Shown piece by piece: positions 16,932 through 27,072 of a stretch of DNA of 64,000 nt (positions are counted from its first letter, which is position 1; each line of letters starts with the position of its first letter). Under the pieces are notes generated by a model. It was given only the letters and a program-made list of their open reading frames with translations. It ran no database searches and was not told the origin of the DNA. Made by a program: the position numbers and the translations under genes. Source of the stretch: Patescibacteria group bacterium. GTDB taxonomy: Bacteria > Patescibacteriota > Patescibacteriia > JAHJFT01. The stretch covers positions 86,750 to 150,749 of the forward strand of contig JAQTTB010000002.1 of NCBI GenBank assembly GCA_028710985.1, read 5' to 3'.

Positions 16932-17996
16932 TTATCGTATTACTGTCTTGTCCATGAGATAAATGATTACTCCGACGAATGCCATTACTACAGATATAAG
17001 CCAGAAGCGCATTACCACCTTCTGCTCCGGCCAGCCGCGCGCCTCAAAGTGATGGTGAATCGGCGAAGATAAAAATACTTTTTTACCGTGGCGCAATTTC
17101 TTGGAAATCATCTGAATGATTACCGAAAGCGATTCCGCAACGAACACCAGCCCGATAACCGGAAGCAGTGCGACGCTGTCGGTCAGCATGGCGACGATAC
17201 CGAGGGTTACGCCAAGCGACATCGCACCCGTATCCCCCATAAAGAACCTCGCCGGATTAATATTGAACCACAGAAACGCGAGCAGGGCACCGATAATCAC
17301 GGCGCAAAATGCGGCGAGCTCGTATTTCCCCTGCGTGAACGCGATGATTGAATACGCCCCGAAACAGGTTAGCAGGGTTCCGGCCGCGAGTCCGTCCAGT
17401 CCGTCAGTTTCGTTGACCGAAAATGAAGTCGCCACGATTATAAACGCGAAAATTGGCATTATCCACCAACCGACCGAGAAATCGCCAAAGAACGGCACGT
17501 GTAGCACATCCCAGTTGAGTTTGAAATAAAACCACCATGCACCAATAAGCGCGATGAGCGTGTATATAGCAAGTCGATGACGCATGCGCAAGCCGCCGCC
17601 GTGCGGACCGATGCGCCTCACGTTGTAATAATCGTCAATCAGCCCGACAATTGCCGACGCCACAAGCGCACCGAGCGGCAAAAGCGTCTGATTCCGGCTT
17701 AAAAAATCAAGCGCGGCAAGCCAATGGTTGTCAACAAAAAGCGCGATATTCGCAAAAATCAGGGCAAGTACGAGCGTCGTCACCCAGACAAGAATTCCAC
17801 CCATTGTCGGCGTGCCGGCCTTTTTCTCATGCAGTTTTGACATAATCGGAGCGGAACCGGCATCACGAATTCGCTTGCCCATCTTGTACTTATACAAAAA
17901 ATGGGTTAACCCCGGAGTCCAGAGCATGGCCAGCGCAAATGATATCGCGGTAAGCGCAAAAATTCTTATCACCTGGAAAGAATCCATCATAATCAA
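16932..17996 (-). CDS. mraY: Phospho-N-acetylmuramoyl-pentapeptide transferase
   Basis: MraY signatures DDYYNV and FMGDTGAMSLG with multiple transmembrane helices. Confidence 0.9.
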   Translation of the reverse strand: MIMMDSFQVIRIFALTAISFALAMLWTPGLTHFLYKYKMGKRIRDAGSAPIMSKLHEKKAGTPTMGGILVWVTTLVLALIFANIALFVDNHWLAALDFLSRNQTLLPLGALVASAIVGLIDDYYNVRRIGPHGGGLRMRHRLAIYTLIALIGAWWFYFKLNWDVLHVPFFGDFSVGWWIMPIFAFIIVATSFSVNETDGLDGLAAGTLLTCFGAYSIIAFTQGKYELAAFCAVIIGALLAFLWFNINPARFFMGDTGAMSLGVTLGIVAMLTDSVALLPVIGLVFVAESLSVIIQMISKKLRHGKKVFLSSPIHHHFEARGWPEQKVVMRFWLISVVMAFVGVIIYLMDKTVIR

Positions 17997-18397
17997 ATAT
18001 TTAACAGAATAATTAGTACCAGCGCCACGGCAAGTCCGATGCTCAAGATAAAATTCGCAGCGGCGGCAAAATAACTAAGTACCTTTTCCTTTTTATAAAA
18101 AATCGCGGCTAGAACGCAATTTACGATAAAGAAAACCGTTCCCGCACCCGGAATCGCAAAAATCTTATACCAGGCTCCGATTAAATCAATGCCAAAATAT
18201 ATATTGTAGTGAAGTGGCAAAAATGCGCCCTCTCCGGAGAGTGGCGCGATTTTTACGGTTGCCAGAATCCAAAGCGCGAACAGCAAAACCGCGCTGAAAA
18301 TAGTCACAATCCGGATAAACTGATCCCGCCAAAATATTAATATAATAAGCGATTTCATGTATTTTTTAGTTACCGGGACTTGACGCCCCCGCCGCAT
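17993..18397 (-). CDS. Small hypothetical membrane protein
   Basis: Three or four hydrophobic helices and no recognisable motif. Confidence 0.35.
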   Translation of the reverse strand: MRRGRQVPVTKKYMKSLIILIFWRDQFIRIVTIFSAVLLFALWILATVKIAPLSGEGAFLPLHYNIYFGIDLIGAWYKIFAIPGAGTVFFIVNCVLAAIFYKKEKVLSYFAAAANFILSIGLAVALVLIILLNI

Positions 18398-18408
18398 TCG
18401 TGTATAAT
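18380..18408 (+). promoter_or_regulatory. Sigma-70 promoter, TTGACG then 17 nt then TATAAT, upstream of rpmA
   Basis: Seen directly. Confidence 0.55.
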
Positions 18409-18444
18409 ATTCGCAAACTTAAATTATCATCCTATTACTTAAAT

Positions 18445-18729
18445 ATGGCACATAAAAAAGCGGGTGGTTCCACTCATTTGGGCCGCGATTCGCAGTCCAA
18501 ACGCCTCGGAGTTAAACTTTACGACGGAGAGTGGGCTAACGCCGGATCAATTCTTGTCCGCCAGCGCGGCACTACCGTGCACCCCGGTAAAAATGTAAAG
18601 CGCACCGGTGATGATACCCTCATCGCCCTTCGCGCCGGAAAAGTGAAATTTTCCGCCCGGAAAAAAAGCCGATTCAACGGCGCGCTCAAACTCACAAGAT
18701 TCATCAGCGTCATCCCAGAAAAAGCGTAA
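18445..18729 (+). CDS. rpmA: 50S ribosomal protein L27
   Basis: [24 protein letters not shown] is the hallmark L27 N-terminus; the start is placed at the internal Met of the ORF-track entry. Confidence 0.85.
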   Translation: MAHKKAGGSTHLGRDSQSKRLGVKLYDGEWANAGSILVRQRGTTVHPGKNVKRTGDDTLIALRAGKVKFSARKKSRFNGALKLTRFISVIPEKA

Positions 18730-18736
18730 AATATCA

Positions 18737-18779
18737 GAAATTTCCGGTATGGCCACGGCCAACCGGAAATTTTTTTATT
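18737..18779. terminator. Bidirectional intrinsic terminator (gaaatttccgg...ccggaaattt followed by T7)
   Basis: Lies between the convergent genes rpmA (plus) and pyrG (minus). Confidence 0.6.
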
Positions 18780-20403
18780 TCTTACGAATTGCCGCGGCGA
18801 TAAATTCGCGGAAAAGCGGATGTGGCGTGAGCGGGCGCGATTTGAATTCCGGATGAAACTGGACGGCCACAAAAAACGGATGGTTTGGCACTTCGACAAT
18901 CTCCACAAGGCGACGGTCTGGCGACCGGCCGGCGAGCATCATTCCCTTCTCGGTCAATATATCGCGGTAGGCATTATTAAATTCGTAGCGGTGGCGGTGC
19001 CTTTCGGAGATATTCTTTAAACCATATGCCTTGCGGCTCAATGAATCGGGATGAAGCACGCACGGATACGCGCCGAGCCGCATCGTGCCGCCGTAATCGC
19101 CTTTTTCAAGTTTGGTCTTCTGTTCATCCATGATGTGAATTACCGGATGTTCGGTCTTGGGATTTATTTCTGTCGTATTCGCGCCGGCAAGTCCCGCGAC
19201 ATTGCGGGCGTACTCAATAACCGCGCACTGCATGCCGTAGCAAAGCCCAAAGTAAGGAATCTTATTCTCGCGCGCGTATTTGATTGCCGCGATTTTCCCC
19301 TCCACGCCGCGCGAACCAAATCCCCCCGGAATGATAATGCCGTCAAGATCGGAAAGGGTTTTGAGTTTAGACGGGTCCTGCTCAAACTCTTCGGAATTCA
19401 TCCAGACGATTTCCGGCTTGCGCGAATGATACCAGGCCGCATGCTTGATTGCTTCAAGAACCGAAATGTAAGCGTCGGTCAGGACAAAATTGCCGGTGCT
19501 GAAATATTTTCCAATCACCCCGACTCGCACCGGATTGTCCGCGGTCTTTATGATCTTCACTAGCTTTGTCCAATTTTTCGCCGGCTTCCTCCGCGCCTTA
19601 AGACCGAATTTTGAAAGAATGCGCCGCGCCAGGTTCTGCGACTCAAAAATCATGGGAACTTCGTAAACCGTATCCGCGTCCGGAGCGGAGATAATATCCT
19701 CTTTCTGGACATTGCAAAAAATTGATATTTTTCTCTTGCGCGGATCGTCAAGCGGCCGCGAACTGCGCGCGATGATAATATCCGGATTGATGCCCGCGGA
19801 ATTAAGAGTGCGCGCCGCGTACTGTGTTGGTTTCGTTTTCATTTCCCCGATCTTATCCGGAATCGGCAAATAACTCACGAGCACAAAAAGCACATCCTTG
19901 GGATTGGCAAGGTGCATCATGCGGGCCGCTTCCAAGAAGAGTATGTTCTGGTATTCTCCGACGGTTCCGCCGATTTCAATCATCGTTATATCCGCACTGG
20001 CGCGCCTGGCGGCGCGTTTTATCCGTTTGATAATCTCCTCTGGCACATGCGGTACAACCTCAACGCACCGCCCGCCGTACTCAAGATTCCGTTCTTTCTC
20101 AATCACAGTCTTGTAAACGCGGCCGGTGGTCATATAGTTATCCTTGTAGATATTCGTATCTAAAAATCTTTCGTAAGTCCCGATGTCCTGGTCGGTTTCG
20201 TCGCCGTCTTCGGTTACGAAAACTTCTCCATGTTCAACCGGATTCATTGTACCAGCATCAACATTTATATACGGATCGATTTTGATTGCCGTAACATTGA
20301 ATCCCTTGTCCAGGAGAATTTTGCCGATCGAAGCCGAGGCGGTCCCCTTTCCCACGCCCGACATTACGCCGCCGACCACAAAGATAAATTTTGACATATT
20401 CAA
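18775..20403 (-). CDS. pyrG: CTP synthase
   Basis: N-terminal synthetase P-loop [10 protein letters not shown] and a C-terminal glutamine amidotransferase domain (GLCYGMQ, HPEF). Confidence 0.9.
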   Translation of the reverse strand: MNMSKFIFVVGGVMSGVGKGTASASIGKILLDKGFNVTAIKIDPYINVDAGTMNPVEHGEVFVTEDGDETDQDIGTYERFLDTNIYKDNYMTTGRVYKTVIEKERNLEYGGRCVEVVPHVPEEIIKRIKRAARRASADITMIEIGGTVGEYQNILFLEAARMMHLANPKDVLFVLVSYLPIPDKIGEMKTKPTQYAARTLNSAGINPDIIIARSSRPLDDPRKRKISIFCNVQKEDIISAPDADTVYEVPMIFESQNLARRILSKFGLKARRKPAKNWTKLVKIIKTADNPVRVGVIGKYFSTGNFVLTDAYISVLEAIKHAAWYHSRKPEIVWMNSEEFEQDPSKLKTLSDLDGIIIPGGFGSRGVEGKIAAIKYARENKIPYFGLCYGMQCAVIEYARNVAGLAGANTTEINPKTEHPVIHIMDEQKTKLEKGDYGGTMRLGAYPCVLHPDSLSRKAYGLKNISERHRHRYEFNNAYRDILTEKGMMLAGRSPDRRLVEIVEVPNHPFFVAVQFHPEFKSRPLTPHPLFREFIAAAIRKK

Positions 20404-20846
20404 TCTTTGATAATTTTTAATTTTATAATTTCTTTTATGCCGTGGCCGAAATCAACCGTGGCCGTATAATCGCCGGTTTCTTTAATCGGCGCGTCGGTTT
20501 CAACCTGCGCCTCTCCAATTTCTGCGCCCGCCTGCCTCAGCGCCTCTTCAATGTCCTTGGGTTTCACGGCCGCATAAAGCTTACTGCTATCGCCAGCGGT
20601 TTTTGCCCGGATAGAAATCGTCATACCCTTGATTTTGCGGCTTGCGGTGCCGGCGCGGTCGGACTCGGATTGTTCGTGCCGCTGAACATGCTTCTTTTTC
20701 GCTTCAAGAGATGCGAGCGCCGCCGTGGTCGCCTGTTCGGCCAGACCCTTCACGAAAAGAAAATTTCTGGCGTAACCGTCGGCCACGTTTTTCACATCAC
20801 CGGCCTGAGCCACGCCGGGCACGTTCTTCAAAAAAATTACGTTCAT
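20400..20846 (-). CDS. rplI: 50S ribosomal protein L9
   Basis: [30 protein letters not shown] is the L9 N-domain. Confidence 0.85.
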   Translation of the reverse strand: MNVIFLKNVPGVAQAGDVKNVADGYARNFLFVKGLAEQATTAALASLEAKKKHVQRHEQSESDRAGTASRKIKGMTISIRAKTAGDSSKLYAAVKPKDIEEALRQAGAEIGEAQVETDAPIKETGDYTATVDFGHGIKEIIKLKIIKD

Positions 20847-21271
20847 ATATTTTTCTGTTGATAAATTAGCTTCATCGCCCTCCGCATTATGGGTGTAAGA
20901 TTTTTATATGTTTTTATTCCGGCTAATTTTTCAATATCCACCCACTCGCACCCCTGTATTTCGTACTGCGGCGACGGTTCAGCGGTTTCGTCCAGGGACT
21001 GAATCAGAAAAAGATGCAAAGTTTTATGTATTTTTTCGCCGTCCTGCGTGAACCAGAATTTTGTCGTGCCTATTTTTTTAATTAATTTCAATTTTTCAAG
21101 ATTTACCTCTTCCGCGGTTTCACGCAGAGCCGCCTGCTCCACGGTCTCACCCCGCTCCACATGCCCTTTAGGAAAGGCGTAATTCCCGTACGAATCACTT
21201 ATCAATAAAACCTGGATCTTCCCGTCTTTATTCCGGAAAACAATCCCGCCGGCTGACACTTCGTTCCTCAT
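20843..21271 (-). CDS. NUDIX hydrolase
   Basis: Nudix box [23 protein letters not shown]. Confidence 0.75.
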   Translation of the reverse strand: MRNEVSAGGIVFRNKDGKIQVLLISDSYGNYAFPKGHVERGETVEQAALRETAEEVNLEKLKLIKKIGTTKFWFTQDGEKIHKTLHLFLIQSLDETAEPSPQYEIQGCEWVDIEKLAGIKTYKNLTPIMRRAMKLIYQQKNI

Positions 21272-21272
21272 A

Positions 21273-22532
21273 TTATTTTACGAGAACCTCTTTAATGATT
21301 TCCATGGCCTTATCCATCTGCGGATCCTCATCATTGTTGTAATTCTCATCCGTGAGTTCAACCTCATGGTCCGGGACAATGCCCTGCTCGTCGAATGATT
21401 CATGGTTTGGCGTCAACCACTCAGCAACAGTTATTTTTACTGCCGATCCGTCCTTCAGATTTTCCATCTCTTGAACCGAACCCTTGCCGAAACTCTGTTT
21501 TCCGACAAGCGTTGCCTTGCCATAATCCTTGAGCGCGCCGGCCAAAATTTCCGAACCCGAGGCGGTTCCTTGATTCATTAAAATCACGGTCGGAATATCC
21601 GCGAGTGCTCCCTGATTATTTCCATAGAACGGAGTTTCCACGCCCTTGCTGTCGCGTTCAATCGTAATAATTTGCGTTCCAATCCAATGGCTTGCCACAT
21701 CAACCGCACTCTCGAGGTAACCACCCGAATTCCCGCGTAAATCAAGGATAACGCCTTTTGCACCGGCTCCGGTTACATCGCCAACCGCCCGGTTGAAAAG
21801 ATCAACCGTATCTTCGGCAAAACTCATAAGCTCAATGTATGCGATGCCATCAGGAAGCATTTTCCACCGCACGCTCACCATATCAATTGCGCCGCGGGTA
21901 ATCCGCGTTTCAAACGGTTCTTCTGCGCCCTCTCGCCAGATCAAAAGAACCACATCGGTTCCAGCCGGCCCGCGAATTAAACTCACTGCTTTTTCCACCG
22001 ACATGCCGGTTGTATCCAGGGCGTCAATCGCCAAAATATTGTCGCCAATTTTGAGACCGGCGCGCTCCGCCGGGCTGTCGGGTAACGGCGATATGACTGT
22101 CAGCTGGTCGTGCCTTATGCCAATCTCGGCTCCGATTCCCTCAAACTTGCCCTCCAGGTCTTTTGTGAAATTTTCCGCATTTTCCGGAGTAAAAAATACG
22201 GTATACGGATTATCGAGTGCTGCCACCATTCCTTCAAGGGCGCCATAAAAAAGCCGGGTCTCGGAGACCGGCTGTTTATAATATTTATCTTTCACCATAT
22301 TCCAGACCTGCCAGAACATACGGAAATCCGCATTTTTTTCCAAATAAACCGGCTGTTCAACTTCCTTATTTATCACGTCACCGCTCCTCGATCCACCGGA
22401 AAAATGAGAGCCCAAAACAATTCCGCCGCTAAAAACAATGATCAGGGCTAATCCCGAAATAATTAACCTGATTTTTTTATTATCGGGTAACATACACTCC
22501 AATATTCTAGCAGTTTCTTTAATAAAAGTCAA
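21273..22532 (-). CDS. S41 carboxyl-terminal processing protease
   Basis: N-terminal membrane anchor, a PDZ domain, and the S41 catalytic region (LDLRGNSGGYL, GTASGSEILAGAL). Confidence 0.85.
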   Translation of the reverse strand: MTFIKETARILECMLPDNKKIRLIISGLALIIVFSGGIVLGSHFSGGSRSGDVINKEVEQPVYLEKNADFRMFWQVWNMVKDKYYKQPVSETRLFYGALEGMVAALDNPYTVFFTPENAENFTKDLEGKFEGIGAEIGIRHDQLTVISPLPDSPAERAGLKIGDNILAIDALDTTGMSVEKAVSLIRGPAGTDVVLLIWREGAEEPFETRITRGAIDMVSVRWKMLPDGIAYIELMSFAEDTVDLFNRAVGDVTGAGAKGVILDLRGNSGGYLESAVDVASHWIGTQIITIERDSKGVETPFYGNNQGALADIPTVILMNQGTASGSEILAGALKDYGKATLVGKQSFGKGSVQEMENLKDGSAVKITVAEWLTPNHESFDEQGIVPDHEVELTDENYNNDEDPQMDKAMEIIKEVLVK

Positions 22533-22614
22533 AATATCCGCTAAACTAATCGGATGCTCTTTTCAAGCCAATTCTTGGCTCAACCCAGCTAAAATAAAAT
22601 CTACGACTGAAATC

Positions 22615-22660
22615 AAAAAGCCACCGTATCCCGCTCGCATCGGTGGCATTTTTTATTTTT
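22615..22660. terminator. Intrinsic terminator downstream of murA (gccaccg...cggtggc followed by a T run)
   Basis: Seen directly; A and T runs on both sides. Confidence 0.55.
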
Positions 22661-22664
22661 GAAT

Positions 22665-23918
22665 CTATTCCCTTCGGATATCGGCGCCCAAACCGCGCAG
22701 CCGCTCGTCAATTGTCTCATAACCGCGATCAACTACTTCGGCCTCGTCGATAACTGTCTCGCCCTCGGCAATTAGTCCGGCAATAATAAGCGTCGCGCCG
22801 GCGCGTAAATCATAGCTTCGGATTTCGCGGCCATAGAGCGGCGTCGGCCCGGTGACGAGCACACGGTGCGGATCGCAGATCGTGGCGTTCGCGCCCATTT
22901 TTATAAGTTCATTGATATATCCCATGCGCCCTTCGTACAGCGGGTCATGAATCAATGTAGTGCCCGGGCACCGGGTTGCGAGTACTCCGAACGGCGCCTC
23001 GAGATCGGTCGGAAATCCGGGATATGGCAGACTCTGCAGTTTAAATGCCCGAAAATTTGTCGACGGCCTCACTTCAAGTACGTCCCCCTTAATCTCCGCC
23101 AAAACTCCCGCCTCTTTCAGCTTCAACATCACGATATCCAAATGCTCGGGAACAACCGGATGAATATTGATCTCTCCGGCCGTTACCGCGGCGGCAACCG
23201 CCCAAGTGCAAATTTCAATCTGATCCGGAATCAGCGCGTGCCGCGCTCCGCCAAGCTTCTTAACTCCTTCAATGACAAGGGTATGCGTTCCCCGTCCGGA
23301 AATTTTCGCGCCCATGGCGCAGAGAAAATCGATCAAATCCTGGACATGTGGCTCGGCCGCCGCAAGCTTTATCACGGTTTTTCCGTCGGCGAGCGACGCG
23401 GCCATTAGCGCATTCTCGGTCGCAGTAACTGAAAATTCGGGTAAAACAATTTCCGCACCGTGCAAGCCGCTGGCCCGAATCGTGAACTCGTCCCCGGCTG
23501 GTTCAACGCTCGCACCCAGCGCCGAGAGCGCATAAAAATGCGTATCCAACGGACGCTTGCCCAAAATACAGCCGCCCGGTTCAGAGATCGTTACTTCATT
23601 AAAACGCGCAAGCAGCGGTCCGAGTAATAGCACCGACGACCGCATACTTTTTACTTTTTTCTGATCAATCTTGCCGATACACGCATCTTTCCCGCAAATC
23701 GTAAGCTGGCGCCCGCTGGTCCACTCAGCGCGCGCACCCAGACTCTTCAAAATCTCAACCATCTTTATCACATCCGTAATCTGTGGTACATTGTCTATAA
23801 TGCATTCTTCGCTCGTAAGAAGCGTTGCTGCAAGTATTGGCGTCGCGGCATTTTTCATGCCATGCACCTCAATATCGCCGCGCAATCGCTCCCCCCCGCG
23901 AATTACAAATTTACTCAT
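22665..23918 (-). CDS. murA: UDP-N-acetylglucosamine 1-carboxyvinyltransferase
   Basis: EPSP-synthase fold with MurA N-terminal and C-terminal blocks; 417 aa. Confidence 0.9.
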   Translation of the reverse strand: MSKFVIRGGERLRGDIEVHGMKNAATPILAATLLTSEECIIDNVPQITDVIKMVEILKSLGARAEWTSGRQLTICGKDACIGKIDQKKVKSMRSSVLLLGPLLARFNEVTISEPGGCILGKRPLDTHFYALSALGASVEPAGDEFTIRASGLHGAEIVLPEFSVTATENALMAASLADGKTVIKLAAAEPHVQDLIDFLCAMGAKISGRGTHTLVIEGVKKLGGARHALIPDQIEICTWAVAAAVTAGEINIHPVVPEHLDIVMLKLKEAGVLAEIKGDVLEVRPSTNFRAFKLQSLPYPGFPTDLEAPFGVLATRCPGTTLIHDPLYEGRMGYINELIKMGANATICDPHRVLVTGPTPLYGREIRSYDLRAGATLIIAGLIAEGETVIDEAEVVDRGYETIDERLRGLGADIRRE

Positions 23919-23960
23919 ATTACATATACTTTATCTCAAATACCCAATTTTCGCAAGACT

Positions 23961-25319
23961 ATGAAGATATCCGCCAGATTATCAATTAAGATCATATTCG
24001 TACTTATTTTTTTGACTGTCGCCCCGCTGATTATCGCCTACACCATGGGCTATCGTTATAATTTCACCTCCGGTCAGATGCAGCATACCGGCGTACTCGT
24101 AATAAATTCTAACCCGACGGATGCGGAAATATTTATCAACGGCCAGCCCGAAAAACAGCGGACCCCGGCAATAATAAAAAAAATAAACCCCAACGAGTAT
24201 ACCGTTGAAATCAAAAAAACGAATTTTATTCCGTGGTCAAAAAAACTTACCGTAAACAGCGGCGAATCAACATTTGCCGACATGGTGACGCTTTTTATGG
24301 ATAGCGATCCGAGCCTGCTCATTGAAAGAAAAATTGCTAGTTCGTCGTTCTCGCCGGATCGTTCGAGCCTCATTTATGTAATTAAGGAATCGAGCTGGGC
24401 GGAAATCTGGATTTTTACGACAAAGCGGCGGGAATTCAGTCTGATTGAACGCCGCAATCTCGACGACTTCAATGACGCGTCAATTGTATGGGCCCCGGGG
24501 TCGTCGAAAATATTTTTTGAAATACAGAAGCCTGGCGGCAAAGAACAACTAATCTACGATGTTAGTGACGGCAGCATCGTCAACCTTTTACAATATCTTG
24601 AAAAACCGGCGGAAAGATTCTTCTGGTCCAAAACAAGCGATGACGTTTTTTACGTCGTGAATGACACGAATTTATCGGCTATAAATCTGCCCACCGGCCA
24701 GATAACCCCGCTCTTCTCCGGCTCGACTGAGTATTTTGTCCGCGGCGACAAAATATTTTCGATTATCAAAAATAACGGGAAAATAATTCTAAGCGTATCC
24801 GATATTAATAACCCGCTCGCCGGCAGTACCATCCTCTACGAACTGCCGCACGGAAACTACACGTTTGAGGACTCCGGTTTTCCCTACCTCATGCTCAAAA
24901 GAGACAACCGCGAACTTTTACTTTTCGACACCTCGGCTCCGTTTACCGAACCAATTTTGCAGGAGGAAGCCAGCGGTTATTCCTGGTACACCTCCAACCA
25001 GGGAGAGAAAAAACTTCTGTATTTTAAAGACTTTGAAATCTGGATTTTTTACCCCAAGAGTAAATATAATGAGTTGATAACGCGTTTTGCCAGTCAGATT
25101 AAAAACGCCAGCTGGCACCGCAATGGCGAATATATTTTCTTTGATTTCGGAGATGGGATAAAAGTTATTGAGCTGGATTCCCGCGAAAAAAGAAATATAT
25201 TTGATTTGGTTAACGAGGCAACCATTGCCGATTTTGCAGTTGATTACAATTCCGAAAATCTATATTTCATCGGAATCTGGCAAAATTCCCTGGGCCTACA
25301 CTACCTGCCTTTAATATAA
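23961..25319 (+). CDS. Membrane-anchored PEGA-domain protein with a beta-rich C-terminal region
   Basis: Transmembrane helix then a PEGA domain (NPTDAEIFINGQ...TP); the start is placed at the internal Met MKISARLS. Confidence 0.55.
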   Translation: MKISARLSIKIIFVLIFLTVAPLIIAYTMGYRYNFTSGQMQHTGVLVINSNPTDAEIFINGQPEKQRTPAIIKKINPNEYTVEIKKTNFIPWSKKLTVNSGESTFADMVTLFMDSDPSLLIERKIASSSFSPDRSSLIYVIKESSWAEIWIFTTKRREFSLIERRNLDDFNDASIVWAPGSSKIFFEIQKPGGKEQLIYDVSDGSIVNLLQYLEKPAERFFWSKTSDDVFYVVNDTNLSAINLPTGQITPLFSGSTEYFVRGDKIFSIIKNNGKIILSVSDINNPLAGSTILYELPHGNYTFEDSGFPYLMLKRDNRELLLFDTSAPFTEPILQEEASGYSWYTSNQGEKKLLYFKDFEIWIFYPKSKYNELITRFASQIKNASWHRNGEYIFFDFGDGIKVIELDSREKRNIFDLVNEATIADFAVDYNSENLYFIGIWQNSLGLHYLPLI

Positions 25320-25355
25320 AAAAATCGCCCTGAGTTTAGCAAAGGACGATTTTTT

Positions 25356-26084
25356 TTATTTTCCTGCACCGTTTTCTTTCTCTCGGAGAAAATTACCCGC
25401 GTCCAGTAGTGAATCAAATGTTCCGGCATCGAACCACTTACCCTCCACTCGCCGCACATCCAATTCACCAAGATCCAGATACCGCCGGTGAAGGTCCACT
25501 ATTTCAATTTCGCCGCGCGCCGACGGCTTTACTCCTTTGGCAAAATCGACTACTCGGTTATCGAAAATATACAAACCCGGAATCGCAAACCGGCTCTTGG
25601 GTACTTTTGGTTTTTCCTCGATGGAAATTACTTTATTATTCTCATCGAATTCAACCACGCCGAAACGTTCCGGATCCGGGACTTCAATAGCAAAGATTCT
25701 CCCACCCCTCTCAAATGTTCTGATATCCTCCGAAAAATCATGTTCAAAAATATTGTCGCCTAAAATCATGGCCACACTCTCATCGCCGATAAAATTCTCA
25801 CCCACGATAAACGCGTCCGCCAAACCGCGCGGCGAATCCTGAATTTCGTAGCTGAATTTCACGTCCGGACCGAATTCCCGGCCCGAGCCGAGCAGATGAA
25901 GAAAATGTCCGGCGTACTCCGGCGCGATGATGAGCAAAATTTCCTTAATGCCGGCGTTCAAAAGAGTCGTAAGCGGATAATAAATCATGGGCTTGTTATA
26001 AACCGGCAATAATTGCTTTGATGTCATTTTCGTGAGCGGCCGCAACCTGGTCGCGTGTCCGCCCGCCAAGATTATTCCCTTCAT
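25356..26084 (-). CDS. rfbA: Glucose-1-phosphate thymidylyltransferase (short-form RmlA)
   Basis: Sugar-nucleotidyltransferase signature MKGIILAGGHATRLRPLT; 242 aa. Confidence 0.8.
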   Translation of the reverse strand: MKGIILAGGHATRLRPLTKMTSKQLLPVYNKPMIYYPLTTLLNAGIKEILLIIAPEYAGHFLHLLGSGREFGPDVKFSYEIQDSPRGLADAFIVGENFIGDESVAMILGDNIFEHDFSEDIRTFERGGRIFAIEVPDPERFGVVEFDENNKVISIEEKPKVPKSRFAIPGLYIFDNRVVDFAKGVKPSARGEIEIVDLHRRYLDLGELDVRRVEGKWFDAGTFDSLLDAGNFLREKENGAGK

Positions 26085-26085
26085 A

Positions 26086-26159
26086 GCTTGTAGCTTTTAG
26101 CTTGTAGCTTGTGGGCGATAAAATAATTCCTACAAGCTACAAGCTAATTCCTAAAAGCT
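26086..26159. repeat. Long imperfect inverted repeat built from AGCTTGTAGCTTGT / ACAAGCTACAAGCT units between rfbD and rfbA
   Basis: The arms are reverse complements; the TTCCTACAAGCTACAAGCT motif recurs at 60467-60485. Confidence 0.5.
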
Positions 26160-26990
26160 CGCCAGATATTCCCACAATGCCTCCTGCCATGTCCGCGCTT
26201 CCGGCAGTTTGGTATTCAGGAGCACGGAAAACGCCGGACGCGCCGCCGGCCGGGGAAACTTTCCGGCGGGCACGGGATTTAATTTTATATCAATCCCTTT
26301 TGTTTTAAAAATCGCTTCCGCGAAACCATACCAGGTGCAACTGCCGCGGTTCGCGCCGTGATAAATGCCAAACCCTTTTTTTCCGTCAATGATTTCCCGG
26401 GTTCGCTTTGCCAAATCCGGCGCATAGGTCGGCGATGACACTTCTTCGTCAATCAAATCCAGTTCACTCTTAGTTTGCGCGAGTTCAAGCATTTTGTCAA
26501 CAAAACTTTTTTTGGCGCCTTCGCCCGCCGCCGCCCTGCCAAAAAGCCGCGAAAGGCGGATAAGATAAAATTTGGTGCAATATTTCGCGAGCTCCAGCTC
26601 GCCCAGATATTTGCTCGTCGCGTAGACCGACTGCGGATCCGGCCGATCGTCTTCGCCATACCCCTCTTTATTGTCGCCGCGGAAAACATAATCCGTGGAG
26701 TAATGAACCATGATCGCGCCCAGTGCCTCGGCCGCTTCAGCTAAATAACACGGCGCCCGTCCGTTGATTAAATCCGCGATTTCCTTATTCTTTTCCGCTC
26801 CGTCCACGTCATTATAAGCCGCGGCATTAATAATTACATCCGGTTTGGCGCCGCGTATCTTTGCCTGAATTTCATCTTTATTTGCAATATCGCAATCCTC
26901 CCGGTCCCAGGCGATTACTTCATGATCGCCAAAAATCTGAACCAATTCCTGCCCAAGCATGCCCTTGGCGCCGATAATTAATACTTTCAT
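26151..26990 (-). CDS. rfbD: dTDP-4-dehydrorhamnose reductase
   Basis: RmlD-type short Rossmann fold MKVLIIGAKGMLG and the YSTDYVFRG block. Confidence 0.8.
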   Translation of the reverse strand: MKVLIIGAKGMLGQELVQIFGDHEVIAWDREDCDIANKDEIQAKIRGAKPDVIINAAAYNDVDGAEKNKEIADLINGRAPCYLAEAAEALGAIMVHYSTDYVFRGDNKEGYGEDDRPDPQSVYATSKYLGELELAKYCTKFYLIRLSRLFGRAAAGEGAKKSFVDKMLELAQTKSELDLIDEEVSSPTYAPDLAKRTREIIDGKKGFGIYHGANRGSCTWYGFAEAIFKTKGIDIKLNPVPAGKFPRPAARPAFSVLLNTKLPEARTWQEALWEYLASF

Positions 26991-27072
26991 ATAACGAAAT
27001 TTTAATCGAATTTTGCTTAATTGTCAATAAAAAAAAAGACGGCGCGCTAGGTGCGTGCCGCCAGGGTCGCTC

